From positions 1 to 64,000 of the forward strand of contig NIVC01003187.1 of the NCBI GenBank assembly GCA_002269645.1: 64,000 nt of DNA, given 5' to 3'. The notes beneath the pieces were generated by a model. That model had not been told where the DNA came from. It saw nothing but the letters and a program-made list of their open reading frames with translations, and did no database searches. The DNA is from Macrostomum lignano. Its lineage: Eukaryota. Position 1 is the first letter of the stretch. Each line of letters begins with the position of its first letter. Positions 1 to 12,229 of the stretch are shown piece after piece. A program made the position numbers and the translations under genes.

Positions 1-1068
1 CATCGCTCTTCACTTTTCTCTATTCCCTTTGACTATCTTCTCTCCCTGTTCTGGCCTGCAGTCATACAATGAATTCTTTATCTGGCACTGGAGGTAAAAG
101 GAGCTCAAAATTTGGAAACAAATGTAAAACATAGATGTATTGATTTCTCACCAGAGCTTGCCTTAACTCGAAATCGAATTAACAAAATGCAGACGTTTGT
201 TTTTGTAAAATTTCTGCAACACAAAAAGCACCGGCTAAAAGATGAGAGACAGAGAGAGACAGAGAGAGTGAACGCAGAATGCGAGCTGCAGAACAGTAGT
301 TGAGCACTGGAATTTATCGAGTAGAGAGGTCGTTTCCATGTTGCTACCCGTGCAGACAGAGGCACTCGATCGCTGGCAAGCAGTTCAAGCGCTCCAGTTT
401 GATTTTGGCCCGATCGATGGCCAACAGACCCCCACGGCTGACCCACCCCCGCCTCAATTTGAGTCCTTCGATCTGCGTGAATAGCTGCTATAGACATTTT
501 CCATACTGTTTTCCCAAACGCTACTAAATTGAAGACTTCCACTGACTGAGCGAGCCTCCACTCTCGCATGTCTAACGGGCCGGCATCGCCTGTCAAATTC
601 CCTTAAAGCCTCCCAGTAAATCTCTCCTCCCTATTCTGATTCGTGTCGTAGGATAAATCATTGTTTTTTATTAACTTTTTTGAATCAACGGTGCATTTTT
701 TATTTCATTGGCGACTGTCTACTAGTAGTAGTTTGACGATGCTTTTAAATAGATATTTTAGATGCCTCTACTATACTTCTTGTGAAATGACTGACTCATG
801 ACTAATAAATAATAGAGTTAATGAAGGAGCTGAAACTGAAGCTGAAGCTGAGCCAGTAAAAGCAAAGAATCAAGTGAGTTAAGGGGCACAGACCGCATCA
901 TGAACTAGGCAGGAAAGTAACCCAGAGTTCATAGGCATAGTCGATGGCCAGACTACCTGGATATCTATCAAGTGATTATTGACATGGAGATATGTTCAAG
1001 GGCACCAGTTTCTTTAGCTACCCGCTCACTATCTTTGAATCAGGAAATTTTACCCATCTTTGAGTTAG

Positions 1069-1700
1069 GGTGAGAGTCTGGGTGAGAGTCTGGAGTGGGA
1101 GTTTGGGGTGAGAGTCTGAGGTGAGAGTCTGGGGTGAGAGTCTGAGGTGAGAGTCTGGGGTGAGAGTCTGAGGTGAGAGTCTTGGGCGAGAGTCTGGGGT
1201 GAGAGTCTGGGGTGAGAGTCTGAGGTACGTGAGAGTCTGGGGTGAGAGTCTGAGGTACGTGAGAGTCTGGGGTGAGAGTCTGGGGTGAGAGTCTGGGGTA
1301 CGTGAGAGTCTGGGGTACGTGAGAGTCTGGGGTACGTGAGAGTCTGGGGTACGTGAGAGTCTGGGGTACGTGAGAGTCTGGGGTGAGAGTCTGGGGTGAG
1401 AGTCTGGGGTGAGAGTCTGGGGTGAGAGTCTGGGGTGAGAGTCTGGGGTGAGAGTCTGGGGAGAGAGAGTCTGGGGTGAGAGTCTGGGGTGAGAGTCTGG
1501 GGTGAGAGTCTTGGGTGAGAGTCTGGGGTACGTGAAGTCTGGGGTGAGAGTCTGGGGTGAGAGTCTGGGGTGAGAGTCTGGGGTGAGAGTCTGGGGTGAG
1601 AGTCTGGGATGAGAGTCTGAGGTGAGAATCTTGGGTGAGAGTCTGGGGTACGTGAGAGTCTGGGGTGAGAGTCTGAGTGAGAGTCTGGGGAGAGAGAGTC
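1069..1700. repeat. Minisatellite, 13-bp unit GGGGTGAGAGTCT with 17-bp variant containing GTAC
   Basis: Tandem units read directly; the 1040/1065 ORFs are repeat translations. Confidence 0.95.
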
Positions 1701-2737
1701 CAGCCGAACCAAGCGAGCCTCGCCCTTAACAGTCCTCCGTCCAAAGCGTGGGAGCGGTCGCGCATAGCAGTTTGGTCCGGACAGCGGTTAAGGATGAAGG
1801 CGGTTTCGCTTACTACAATTCTCTCCTTAGCGACTGAGCATTGAGCAACAGAAGCAAAGGAAACTTACCCTCAAGCTGCCCTGCATGAATAGAAATTGCA
1901 AAGTTGAAAGCTATAATATGAAGCCTGGCAGTGCAGGCGTGTCAACTTTTATCTTCACTCGAGACCATGAGCTCTGGCCGTGCGACCCACCGCCCAGCCA
2001 ATGGTGAGACGGAGCAGGCAGTAGGACGTACCAACAAAAACGCAGGTTATGTGGGGGGGGGTGGGGAGAAACAGTAAGCATTAGCTCGAATCAGGGAGTG
2101 AATCCTTTGTCGCCAGAAGGTTTCGGAGGAGTAGCCGCGATGAATTGATGTAGACTGACGCAAGGACGGTCAAGGGATCGGTAGATGCGGCGTGCTGGCT
2201 GTGGCTATCGACTTCCAGCTGAATTGGCCAATTTTTGAGCAGCCAGCCGGACAGAGATGCGCTGTGTGCGCCTTTTTCCCCGGCAACATCCGGGCCCCGC
2301 CTGATCCCACCCCTTGGCGGCCCATCCCGGCCGCACCCCGGCTTAAACCCACCCCGATTCCCTCTGCCCCCGATTCCTTATCCCTTGCACTGGCCTCCTT
2401 TCTCCTGCTGCCTCTGTCAGGGGGAGACCAAGCATTCGCCCCCCCCAGCAGCGATACTCCTCCAAAACTATGCATGCACAGCTCATGAGCACGCGTTCTG
2501 GTCGTTAGCGGTTTGAAAGAAGTTCCTCCGTTCAATCCGGGTCATGAGATCCATCATGGCTATCTCAATCTAAGGATCTTCGATGCCCCCCACTGCTCGA
2601 CCTTCCGGCTTCTTCAGAGTAGGGCCAGCTTCCGGCCTGGGGGGCATGGAAGTCAGAATTTGCATTTCTCTATCAATTATTATTTCCTGCACGCTATTCA
2701 TGGGGCAGTGGAGCCTTGGGACTTCAATCCTAGATAA

Positions 2738-3030
2738 TAGTAGATTCGATAGTGGTTAGAGGACTCACGACTCAAAAGGTCGGGGGTTCGATTCTCGATC
2801 CACTCGAAACAATTTGTGCCCTTGAGCAAGACACTTAACTCTGCCATGCTTCAGTTCACCCAGCTGTAAAATAGGTGCCAGCATTAGCTGGGGTAATTGA
2901 GGGTGTGTGGTGACCCCCCAGTCCTTGGACTGAACAGCCGTAAGCAGCCTTCAGATGCGCTGCGCAATAGCTGCGGCTGAGCTGTCGGTTGCACATCTGG
3001 CCATTAGGACAGGTGTAATAAGAAAAATTA
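2738..3030 (+). mobile_element. tRNA-derived CORE-SINE
   Basis: A-box-like TAGTGGTTAG (about 2750) and B-box GGTTCGATTC (2785-2794). These are followed by TGTGCCCTTGAGCAAGACACTTAACTC...CAGTTCACCCAGCTGTAAAATAGG, which resembles the MIR CORE (TGTGACCTTGGGCAAGTCACTTAACCTC...CAGTTTCCTCATCTGTAAAATGGG, recalled consensus). A-rich 3' end. Confidence 0.7.
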
Positions 3031-4231
3031 GTCAGGACTCAAAAGCCAACATCTACTCCTAGAATTGAAACACTAAAAGGGATCTCACACATCTAAAAGC
3101 GTTTCAATATGTACAAACTTCCTACTGAGTAAATGCAGAAGAAAAGTAGATAGCTTTAGAATAGAACAGATTGCTCGCAAGTTGAATTGAATATCATTTT
3201 AAAAGATTGGAAGCATGACCGCTTGGGCTCCGGCTGCACACTCTTCATGGCAATCGGCCGCCATGGTGGCCTGTGTTGGAACTGCTTGTGGAGACGCGGG
3301 CAGCTCTCACTTGACGCGGAGCTGCAGGCATTTAACGAAGGCGCAAATAAAGCTGCAAACCTGCTCTGGTCCTGCGCAGGGCCCGCCGGGCGAATGTGCT
3401 GTAATGCGATACTCGGCACCAGCTTTGGGCGGGGTGGGGGGGACGTCGGGGCTCGGGTTTCCCCGGCTCCCAGTCGCCCTCGACACGCCTCGCGTGCCTG
3501 CGCCTTCCAAATGCGCCCATGCACCTCCCCCCTAATTACCGCGGCTTATTTAGCATGAATTCATTCCCACCGATTAATTCCTCGCTGACATCGCGCCCCG
3601 GGCGGGACTGGCTGGCGCATTAACAACTCGCTCGGCTCAATATAATATCGCATGATTGGATATTGGTAACTTGACGTGTCTTCGTCGCCATTCTCAATTA
3701 CACACAACACGATCTCCTCGCTGTGAAGATGCAACTTCTTTGTCTGTTTGTTCCGCAGTGTATTTATTGCATTGCTCATGGCTTGAATTCTGACACACGT
3801 GAGAAAGTGAGATTTTAGTCAAGGAAATTAACAAACCAGATCCAAAATATGCGACCGGAAGTCATTGGATAACATCAGGAACACTGAGCCTGTACTCAAC
3901 TAGCAAAATCCAACTCAACTTTGCGCAATGAAAATTTCTATCAATATAGCTGATTAATTATTACCCATTAACTGTCAGCTCGTCTTGTTGTGAACGAACG
4001 TGCTGCTGCATACTCGTGAAAATGCTAATGTAAAAGCCTACTTTCATATTGCTCTCGTCATCAAACATCTGCTGACTCGAGGAATGCAGACGACAGGATC
4101 GGTTCGGCTGCTATTTAAAAAATACGTTTGTAAACAAATCTTATCAGAGTTCATAAGCACCTGATAAGAACTGTGGCGGGCACACCAGATCGCTTAAATT
4201 CCGTTATTAACAAAAGTCAAGAAAAACTTTT

Positions 4232-5597
4232 TGCTATGGACAAGATTTTAATGCTATGGACAAGATTTTAATGCTATGGACAAGATTTTAATGCTATGGA
4301 CAAGATTTTAATGCTATGGACAAGATTTTAATGCTATGGACAAGATTTTAATGCTATGGACAAGATTTAATGCTATGGACAAGATTCTAATGCTATGGAC
4401 AAGATTTTAATGCTATGGACAAGATTTTAATGCTATGGACAAGATTTTAATGCTATGGACAAGATTTTAATGCTATGGACAAGATTCTAATGCTATGGAC
4501 AAGATTTTAATGCTATGGACAAGATTTTAATGCTATGGACAAGATTTTAATGCTATGGACAAGATTTTAATGCTATGGACAAGATTCTAATGCTATGGAC
4601 AAGATTTTAATGCTATGGACAAGATTTTAATGCTATGGACAAGATTTTAATGCTATGGACAAGATTTTAATGCTATGGACAAGATTTTAATGCTATGGAC
4701 AAGATTCTAATGCTATGGACAAGATTTAATGCTATGGACAAGATTTAATGCTATGGACAAGATTTAATGCTATGGACAAGATTTTAATGCTATGGACAAG
4801 ATTCTAATGCTATGGACAAGATTTTAATGCTATGGACAAGATTTTAATGCTATGGACAAGATTTTAATGCTATGGACAAGATTTTAATGCTACAGACAAG
4901 ATTTCAGTGCCACAGACAAGATTTCAGTGCTACAGACAAGATTTCAGTTCCACAGACAAGATTTCAGTGCCACAGACAAGATTTCAGTGCTACAGACAAT
5001 ATTTCAGTGCTACAGACAAGATTTCAGTGCCACAGACAAGATTTCAGTGCCACAGACAAGATTTCAGTGCCACAGACAAGATTTCAGTGACACAGACAAG
5101 ATTTCAGTGCCACAGACAAGATTTCAGTGCCACAGACAAGATTTCAGTGCCACAGACAAGATTTCAGTGCCACAGACAAGATTTCAGTGCTACAGACAAG
5201 ATTTCAGTGCCACAGACAAGATTTCAGTGCCATAGACAAGATTTGAGTGCTACAGACAAGATTTCAGTGCCACAGACAAGATTTCAGTGCCACAGACAAG
5301 ATTTCAGTGCTACAGACAATATTTCAGTGCTACAGACAAGATTTCAGTGCCACAGACAAGATTTCAGTGCCACAGACAAGATTTCAGTGCCACAGACAAG
5401 ATTTCAGTGACACAGACAAGATTTCAGTGCCACAGACAAGAGTTCAGTGCTACAGACAATATTTCAGTGCTACAGACAAGATTTCAGTGCCACAGACAAG
5501 ATTTCAGTGCCACAGACAAGATTTCAGTGCCACAGACAAGATTTCAGTGCTACAGACAAGATTTCAGTGCTACAGACAAGATTTCAGTGCCACAAAC
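4232..5597. repeat. Bipartite 20-bp minisatellite (TGCTATGGACAAGATTTTAA then TGCYACAGACAAGATTTCAG)
   Basis: About 68 units; abrupt switch of unit type at about 4880-4900. Confidence 0.97.
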
Positions 5598-6329
5598 AAT
5601 ATTCTTTTCCTGGGTTTTTAATTGGCCACCTTGACCTATAGTACATCCGGTCCTCGATTGCAGTTGAGTATAATTTGAGGGGGGCGGCGCCCCATGTGAC
5701 TTTTTACGACAGTCACACCCTCAATTTACAGACAGCGGCCCCCGGAGCACAATATTTACACTTGAGAGTATAGCCTCGATACAGTAGCAGCCAAGGAAAT
5801 TAGATCTGGGCCCCAGCTAGTATTCAGGCTGCCTGCCCGTTTAAGTCTACAAGCTACATGTAAATTTGATATTCTCGGACGGTTGTAGCACTCTGAAAAT
5901 GTGCAGCCTTACTAAAGATTCTCTATAGTAAGCTATTGCTAATTACACATTACACTGCCTTTGTGCCTGCTTTTCTGTTCACTATCTACGATATTGCTTC
6001 GATGCGACATTCACAGCTGTCTTGCAAAAAGCGTCCCCATTTAGACAAGTGCCGCACACGCGCGGTCCTTGTTTTAGGACACGCAAAATAATCGATCCAT
6101 CAGTGAGAATAAGCTTGGAGATTGTACTGCGGCTAGGACTGCTGTAGGAGCCAGCAGAGCCAATCCATCTTAGTTGGTACAAATTATGCACAGTTGGGCT
6201 AAGCTGCCGCTTTGTCGGTGCTCTCAGTTTCTTCTGCATGCTGCCTCATCAGCGAATTTCTCTTCAGCTTCCCCTGTAGTACGCAATGCGTCTCATCAGC
6301 CAGCTGCTGATCAGTTTCTTCTGTAAGCT

Positions 6330-6825
6330 TGCCTCATCAGTGAGCTGCTCACCAGCTTCCTCTGTAAGCTTGCCTCATCAGCTTCCGCTGTAAGCTTGCC
6401 TCATCAGCTTCCGCTGTAAGCTTGCCTCATCAGCTTCCGCTGTAAGCTTGCCTCATCAGCTTTCGCTGTAAGCTTGCCTCATCAGCTTCCGCTGTAAGCT
6501 TGCCTCATCAGCTTCCGCTGTAAGCTTGCCTCATCAGCTTCCGCTGTAAGCTTGCCTCATCAGCTTCCGCTGTAAGCTTGCCTCATCAGCTTCCGCTGTA
6601 AGCTTGCCTCATCAGCTTCCGCTGTAAGCTTGCCTCATCAGCTTCCGCTGTAAGCTTGCCTCATCAGTGAGCTGCTCACCAGCTTCCTCTGTAAGCTTGC
6701 CTCATCAGCTTCCGCTGTAAGCTTGCCTCATCAGTGAGCTGCTCACCAGCTTCCTCTGTAAGCTTGCCTCATCAGTGAGCTGCTCACCAGCTTCCTCTGT
6801 AAGCTTGCCTCATCAGTGAGCTCAT
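6330..6825. repeat. 26-bp minisatellite TAAGCTTGCCTCATCAGCTTCCGCTG
   Basis: TAAGC at 6365 and 6391 and onward; longer variants carry GTGAGCTGCTCACCA. Confidence 0.95.
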
Positions 6826-7207
6826 TCAGCATTGACATCAAGAACGAAAAAACAAAAACCAATCAGCAAATTCTTTGGATTGTGTAAAGCATATTCAATA
6901 AAACCATAACAAGAGCGTTAAGTATCAGATAAAAACGTGTAATTGGTTATACAGGTAAAAACTGATCGGGAAGAGAAGCTATTGCACACAAAAATTATAA
7001 ATAAAATATAGTTAGAAAGCGTTAATCAGAGTCAGTCGGGATATTCCCAGACATGACTGGACAAAACTTGTCCATTAAAATTGGAATGCTTTAAAATAAA
7101 AATCAATAAATATAAATTACACGATTTGAAAATGATATTGACTGATTAAAGCTAAGCACATAGATGCTGGTCGAATGGAAACATATTATAAAATAAGAAA
7201 TTATTTG

Positions 7208-7322
7208 CTGGTCACTCCGCTACCTCACTCCAGGACTCTATGGTCACTCCGCTACCCCACTCCAGGACTCTATGGTCACTCTGCTACCCCACTCCAGGAC
7301 TCTATGGTCACTCCGCTACCCT
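7208..7322. repeat. Short about 32-bp tandem repeat GGTCACTCCGCTACCCCACTCCAGGACTCTAT x3.5
   Basis: Read directly; lies just downstream of the 7440 gene. Confidence 0.85.
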
Positions 7323-7439
7323 AGGTCTCTCTGTGGTCATTTGACTGCCCCACCCAATGTGAATCTCAGTCTGTGTACCCGCTATTCTCCCTTAATGCTC
7401 TTGACCGACAAAGCTTTCATTCCACCTTTAACTTAGAAG

Positions 7440-7790
7440 TTAGAACCCGTTGCCGCCGTCGAAGTCCGTGCCAATCAGCGCCGTAGTTGGCGACTTATTT
7501 GACGAAGCCAGCGAGTCGCCCCAGCGACCGCCTGCGACGCCTCGACGATGACCGCTACGGCGGAACACGAAAACGGAACAGCCCTGCACGATCAGCCAGA
7601 TGGAGACGAGGGCCACCAGGCAGACGACCAGGGCCAGCGCGGCGTGAACGGCAGAGTTGAAGCGGGTGGTATCGTACTGGATGTAGTAATCCGGCCTGCG
7701 CAGCGCCTCCTCCAGGGTGACGCCGGCGACTGGCCGGAGGACAGCGATAACTGGCAGCACGGCCAGGAGCAGCGGTGACAGCTGGCTCAT
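7440..7790 (-). CDS. Small type-I membrane protein (116 aa): signal peptide, short ectodomain, TM helix, basic stop-transfer, short tail
   Basis: GC-rich codon usage like the other genes here. MSQLSPLLLAVLPVIAVLRPVAG is a signal peptide, AALALVVCLVALVSIWLIVQGCSVFVF is a TM segment, followed by RRSGHRR. An AG acceptor lies 2 nt before the ATG. No family recognised. Confidence 0.75.
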   Translation of the reverse strand: MSQLSPLLLAVLPVIAVLRPVAGVTLEEALRRPDYYIQYDTTRFNSAVHAALALVVCLVALVSIWLIVQGCSVFVFRRSGHRRGVAGGRWGDSLASSNKSPTTALIGTDFDGGNGF

Positions 7791-7819
7791 TGCTTACACA
7801 GCATGGTAACAATAGGGAG

Positions 7820-8600
7820 TAGATTAGCCTAAATCTAGGGAACAGACTAGCGAGAATCTAGAGAATAGATTAGCCTAAATCTAGGGAACGGACGAGCGAG
7901 AATCTAGAGAATAGATTAGACTATATCTAGGGAACAGACTAGCGAGAATCTAGAGAATAGATTAGCCAAAATCTAGGGAAAAGACTAGCGAGAATATAGA
8001 GAATATATTAGACTATAAATAGGGAGCCGACTAGCGAGAATCTAGAGAATATATTAGACTATATCTAGGGAGCCGACTAGCGAGAATCTAGAGAATAGAT
8101 TAGCCTAAATCTAGGGAACAGACTAGGGGGAATCTAGAGAATATGTTATCGGGAATCTAGGGAATAGCTAGATTAGCCAAAATCTAGGGGACAGACTAGC
8201 GAGAATCTAGAGAATAGATCAGCGGAAATCTAGGGAATAGGTTAGCAAGAATCTAGAGAATATGTTATCGGGAATCTAGGGAATAGATTAGAGGGAATCT
8301 AGGGAATAGATTAGAGCGAATCTAGGGAATAGATTAGAGCGAATCTAGGGAATAGATTAGAGCGAATCTAGGGAATAGATTAGAGGGAATCTAGGGAATA
8401 GATTAGCGGGAATCTAGGGAATAGATAAGCGGGAACCTAGGGAATAGATTAGCGAGAATCTAGAGAATAGATTAGCGGTAATCTAGGGAATAGATTAGCG
8501 GGAATCTAGGGAATAGATTAGCGGGAATCTAGGGAATAGATTAGCGGGAATCTAGGGAATAGATTAGCGGGAATCTAGAGAATAGATTAGAGGGAATCAA
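7820..8600. repeat. 23-bp minisatellite GAATAGATTAGCGGGAATCTAGG, with about 46-bp dimeric variants in the 5' half
   Basis: Read directly. Confidence 0.93.
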
Positions 8601-8835
8601 TAGAATAGATCAAAGGAAAGCTAATCATCCTATAAACTAGATTAGATAAAAATCGAACGCAAGCTAATGAAAACAGGTACAAAAACGAACAGAATAAGCC
8701 AAACAAGACAGTGCTACATATCGCTTGTACCATCGATTTATTACACGTTAATAAGCACTCCAGGACACAATCGAGCGAATAAAAGCAGTAGAAGCACTTG
8801 AAGAAAATGCGACAAGGCCAACCAAGCAGAACTAG

Positions 8836-9147
8836 CTACTTATCAGTCCGGCTAGCAGTAGTATGTTCAGCGCGCAGCTCTTCAATACGCCAATACGCCT
8901 CGAATTCGCCAGTTAGCTTGGCGCAGGCCAGAGCGGCAGAGAGCGGATAGCCGCTGAGAGACACGCTGCCCTCCGCGTAGTCGGCCGATATTGAGCCGTG
9001 AGCCACGGCGCCGATCACGAATACGACTGGCTGGTCTGTTACTGGGGTTCGGCTCAGCTGCTCTGTCAGGCTGGCGTCCGCCTGCACCGAGGTGGTGAAC
9101 TTGTGCGCCTGCGCCGGCAGGTGGTCCGTGATGGGGTTTTTTATCAC
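8836..9147 (-). CDS. EMG1: EMG1/NEP1 rRNA pseudouridine methyltransferase, last exon
   Basis: VIKNPITDHLP...VFVIGAVAHG...SLSGYPLSAALACAKLTGEFE..W is the SPOUT C-terminus. Acceptor CCGTAG|GTG at 9148, phase 0. AATAAA at 8742-8737. Confidence 0.95.
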   Translation of the reverse strand: MIKNPITDHLPAQAHKFTTSVQADASLTEQLSRTPVTDQPVVFVIGAVAHGSISADYAEGSVSLSGYPLSAALACAKLTGEFEAYWRIEELRAEHTTASRTDK

Positions 9148-9269
9148 CTACGGATGGGATAGATGAGTAAAGGGGAAGCTTTTTAGCGCCTGCGATGCTA
9201 TATTGAAGGCATTAATAATTGAAGGTAGACATTAGGGGATCTGTTTAGATCATCAAGTCTCTAGATAGG

Positions 9270-9800
9270 TAGATTGATCTGTCGGTAGAGACTCGAGGAT
9301 CTGGGTAGGTGGAGACTTGAGGAGCTGGGTAGGTGGAGCTCTGAGGATCTGAGTAGGTGGAGCCTTGAGGATCTGGGTAGGTGGAGCCTTGAGGAGCTGG
9401 GTAGGTGGAGCCTTGAGGATCTGGGTAGGTGGAGCCTTGAGGAGCTGGGTAGGTGGAGCCTTGAGGAGCTGGGTAGATGGAGACTTGAGGATCTGGGTAG
9501 GTGGAGCCTTGAGGAGCTGGGTAGATGGAGACTTGAGGATCTGAGTAGGTGGAGACTTGAGGATCTGGGTAGGTGGAGACTTGAGGATCTGAGTAGGTGG
9601 AGCCTTGAGAATCTGGGTAGATGGAGACTTGAGGATGTGGGTAGGTGGAGACTTGAGGATCTGGGTAGGTGGAGACTTGAGGAGCTGGGTAGGTGGAGAC
9701 TTGAGGATCTGAGTAGGTGGAGCCTTGAGGATCTGGGTAGGTGGAGACTTGAGGATCTGGGTAGGTGGAGCTTTGGGGAGCTGGGTAGATAGAGCCTTGA
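9270..9800. repeat. 24-bp minisatellite filling the EMG1 intron (GGATCTGGGTAGGTGGAGACTTGA)
   Basis: Lies between donor 9852 and acceptor 9148; the 9245/9261 ORFs are repeat translations. Confidence 0.95.
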
Positions 9801-9852
9801 CCTAGACTTAGTATGATAAAACTCAATGTGAGTGACTGGGCCATGCTCAAAC

Positions 9853-10212
9853 CTTAAGCAGTTTCTTCCTGCTACCCTCGGCGGCATGGATAGCGAGCTT
9901 GTGCAGCAGCTGCACCATCAGGCCAGCGAATCGATCATAGGTCCTAGGAATTCGAGTCTGCGGATCCACCTGGATGAGCACGTTGCGGCTGGTGCGGACA
10001 AACACCTGCAATAGGCCGGCCCTGTTAAGAGGCGAGTCCTGCAGCATAAGCAGGCACTGGTGGGCGATGTCGGGCCGGTAGTCTGCGGGGTCCCGGCCCA
10101 GCTTCTTAATGCGGTCCCTGTGCCGGTCGGCTTGCAGCAGGACGTACTCGCCGCCGACCTTGGCCGTCTCGAGGCTGGCCGACTCCAGCACCACAATGAG
10201 GCGCTTCTCAGA
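9853..10212 (-). CDS. EMG1: EMG1/NEP1 main exon
   Basis: [13 protein letters not shown]...[65 protein letters not shown] is diagnostic of Nep1. Donor AAG|GTTTGA at 9852; acceptor ACCAG| at 10213. True start uncertain. Confidence 0.95.
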
Positions 10213-10921
10213 CTGGTGCGTCGTCAATGAAACAAAATGATAAGAATTCGATTTATTTAATATGATGCAGCTTTCCCTTGGGTTAGCTTTGAAAATTTGC
10301 CAAGGGGTTGCCGTGTGATTCAAACCCATAAGGGCGAACCCTTTTGTAGTAGAATATAACGAAATAGTAAAATATTAATTAGGACTATCATTAAACTTTG
10401 GTTGATAAAATTAGCTAATATATCAACCTGTAATAGTGACTTTAGACTGACTTAAACCAAGATGCGAAGAATGGGCGCGCCGACTCTACAGAGCCGACCT
10501 GCTTGGCAAAGCCAACGAGCACAAGTGGGCATGTGCCGTTGTGTGCAGCCTCCACTTCACTGACGAAATGTACAGTTGCCCAAGACTTCGCCAAGAGCCG
10601 GGCACGCAACTACTGACTACGGCATTTCCTGCTAGAAATCTGTACAAAGCGATTCCATCAGTCCTACAATGAAAATCTCTGACTGTCCGAGGTGAACCTT
10701 TAGACATGTCTTCGAGAAAGGACGCTCCGCCAATTACTGTGCCCTTACCCAAGCCTACCGATCGAAGAGTTGCGACCATGCAGTAGCTAAGGCAGAAACT
10801 CAAGGCCAAGAGAAACACTTCAGCATAACTGAGATTCTCACAGTACAAGTACAGCTTCAGCAGAACAACGAAAGCTGCAACACCTGTTATCCGCTAAAGT
10901 ATAGGTTGCCTGTTGTTTTAG

Positions 10922-11348
10922 GCTTAAACTGCTGCTCATACTGCTGTTTTTAAACTGTTCTAGTTTGCAATTTTCATGCTAAATTTTCATGTACGGCTAT
11001 ATCACGTACCCCAATTGCTTAAACTGATGCTCATACTGCTGTTTTTAAACTGTTCTAGTTTGCAATTTTCAAGCTAAATTTTCATGTACGGCTATATCAC
11101 GTACCCCAATTGCTTAAACTGATGCTCATACTGCTGTTTTTAAACTGTTCTAGTTTGCAATTTTCATGCTAAATTTTCATGTACGGCTATATCACGTACC
11201 CCAATTGCTTAAACTGATGCTCATACTGCTGTTTTTAAACTGTTCTAGTTTGCAATTTTCATGCTAAATTTTCATGTACGGCTATATCACGTACCCCAAT
11301 TGCTTAAACTGATGCTCATACTGCTGTTTTTAAACTGTTCTAGTTTGC
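10922..11348. repeat. 95-bp tandem repeat x about 4.4
   Basis: GCTTAAACTG at 10922, 11017 and 11112, continuing at 95-bp spacing. Confidence 0.95.
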
Positions 11349-11632
11349 GTTGAATGTTCACAATTAATATCTACATTTTCATGTCACTACAGCTGCAAAT
11401 ATACAATTGGGACCTTCTGTTCATAACAATGTCCCCTTCAAATGGACATACAAAAAGGTGACTACTTCTCAAATTTCAATACTACTTATCTCTTCTTCAC
11501 CTCACGAGTAGTGCCTATGGTTTTATATTTTGGCTTTGGATTTGGAAGCTGATTGAGCATTCTGGTGTATTCTGTGGTATCTAGATTAGGGAAATACTGA
11601 GATTGTAAAGGCCTAAAAATAAGAACAGCAAC

Positions 11633-11824
11633 CAGTGGCATAGCCAGGATTTCTTTCTAGGGGGGGGGGGGGGGGTCATAGTCACAGGCTCACAGCAGCA
11701 ACTGGAGGCAAGGGGTGCTAGGCCTCTGCGATGGGGGAGGGAGGGTGCTAAAAATTTGGCTTGGATTAGCTGGCTGGGGGGGGGGGGTTATGGCCCCCGT
11801 GACCCCCTCTTGGCTACACCCCTA
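11633..11824. mobile_element. Old hAT-type MITE (192 bp)
   Basis: Ends CAGTGGCATAGCC / GGCTACACCCCTA; flanks ACAGCAAC / ACAGAAAC (7 of 8 match, TSD). Termini resemble those of the element at 30213. Confidence 0.6.
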
Positions 11825-12229
11825 ACAGAAACCATGTAGGCTCTATTAAGCATAAATATTAGCATAGACATTAGGCATTAGGATTAACAAACCATAAATG
11901 TGTTAGTAAACAAGTGGCTAATGTTAAAAACCTTTGATCCCTAGAAAATGCAATAATTTTAGACTTAGTTTTAAAATTTATAGTGTTTTACTGCTTAGGC
12001 ATTCATAGCTACCACAAGATTTCTAAGAAATTATAATTTACAATTACAAGAACCATAGACCTAGAACAACTTAGAGATATCTATCTATACTACTTATAGA
12101 TAAAACAAATAAACCTACAACAACTTGGTACCATAATAAAATTTTATAGATGGTAGAAATTAAACCCTAGTATAACTTAGTGACATTAGTGAAATAGAAG
12201 ATAAATTAGGAACAAATAGCCCTACAACT

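Noticed and set aside
2170-3779. GC-rich ORFs (2170-2535, 2192-2488, 3156-3558, 3561-3779)
   Set aside because: Overlapping on both strands, no recognisable motif and no consistent exon chain; left unexplained.
6236-6825. Minus-strand CTGATGAG in every 26-bp unit as hammerhead ribozymes
   Set aside because: No GAAA core or stem II/III at the required spacing.
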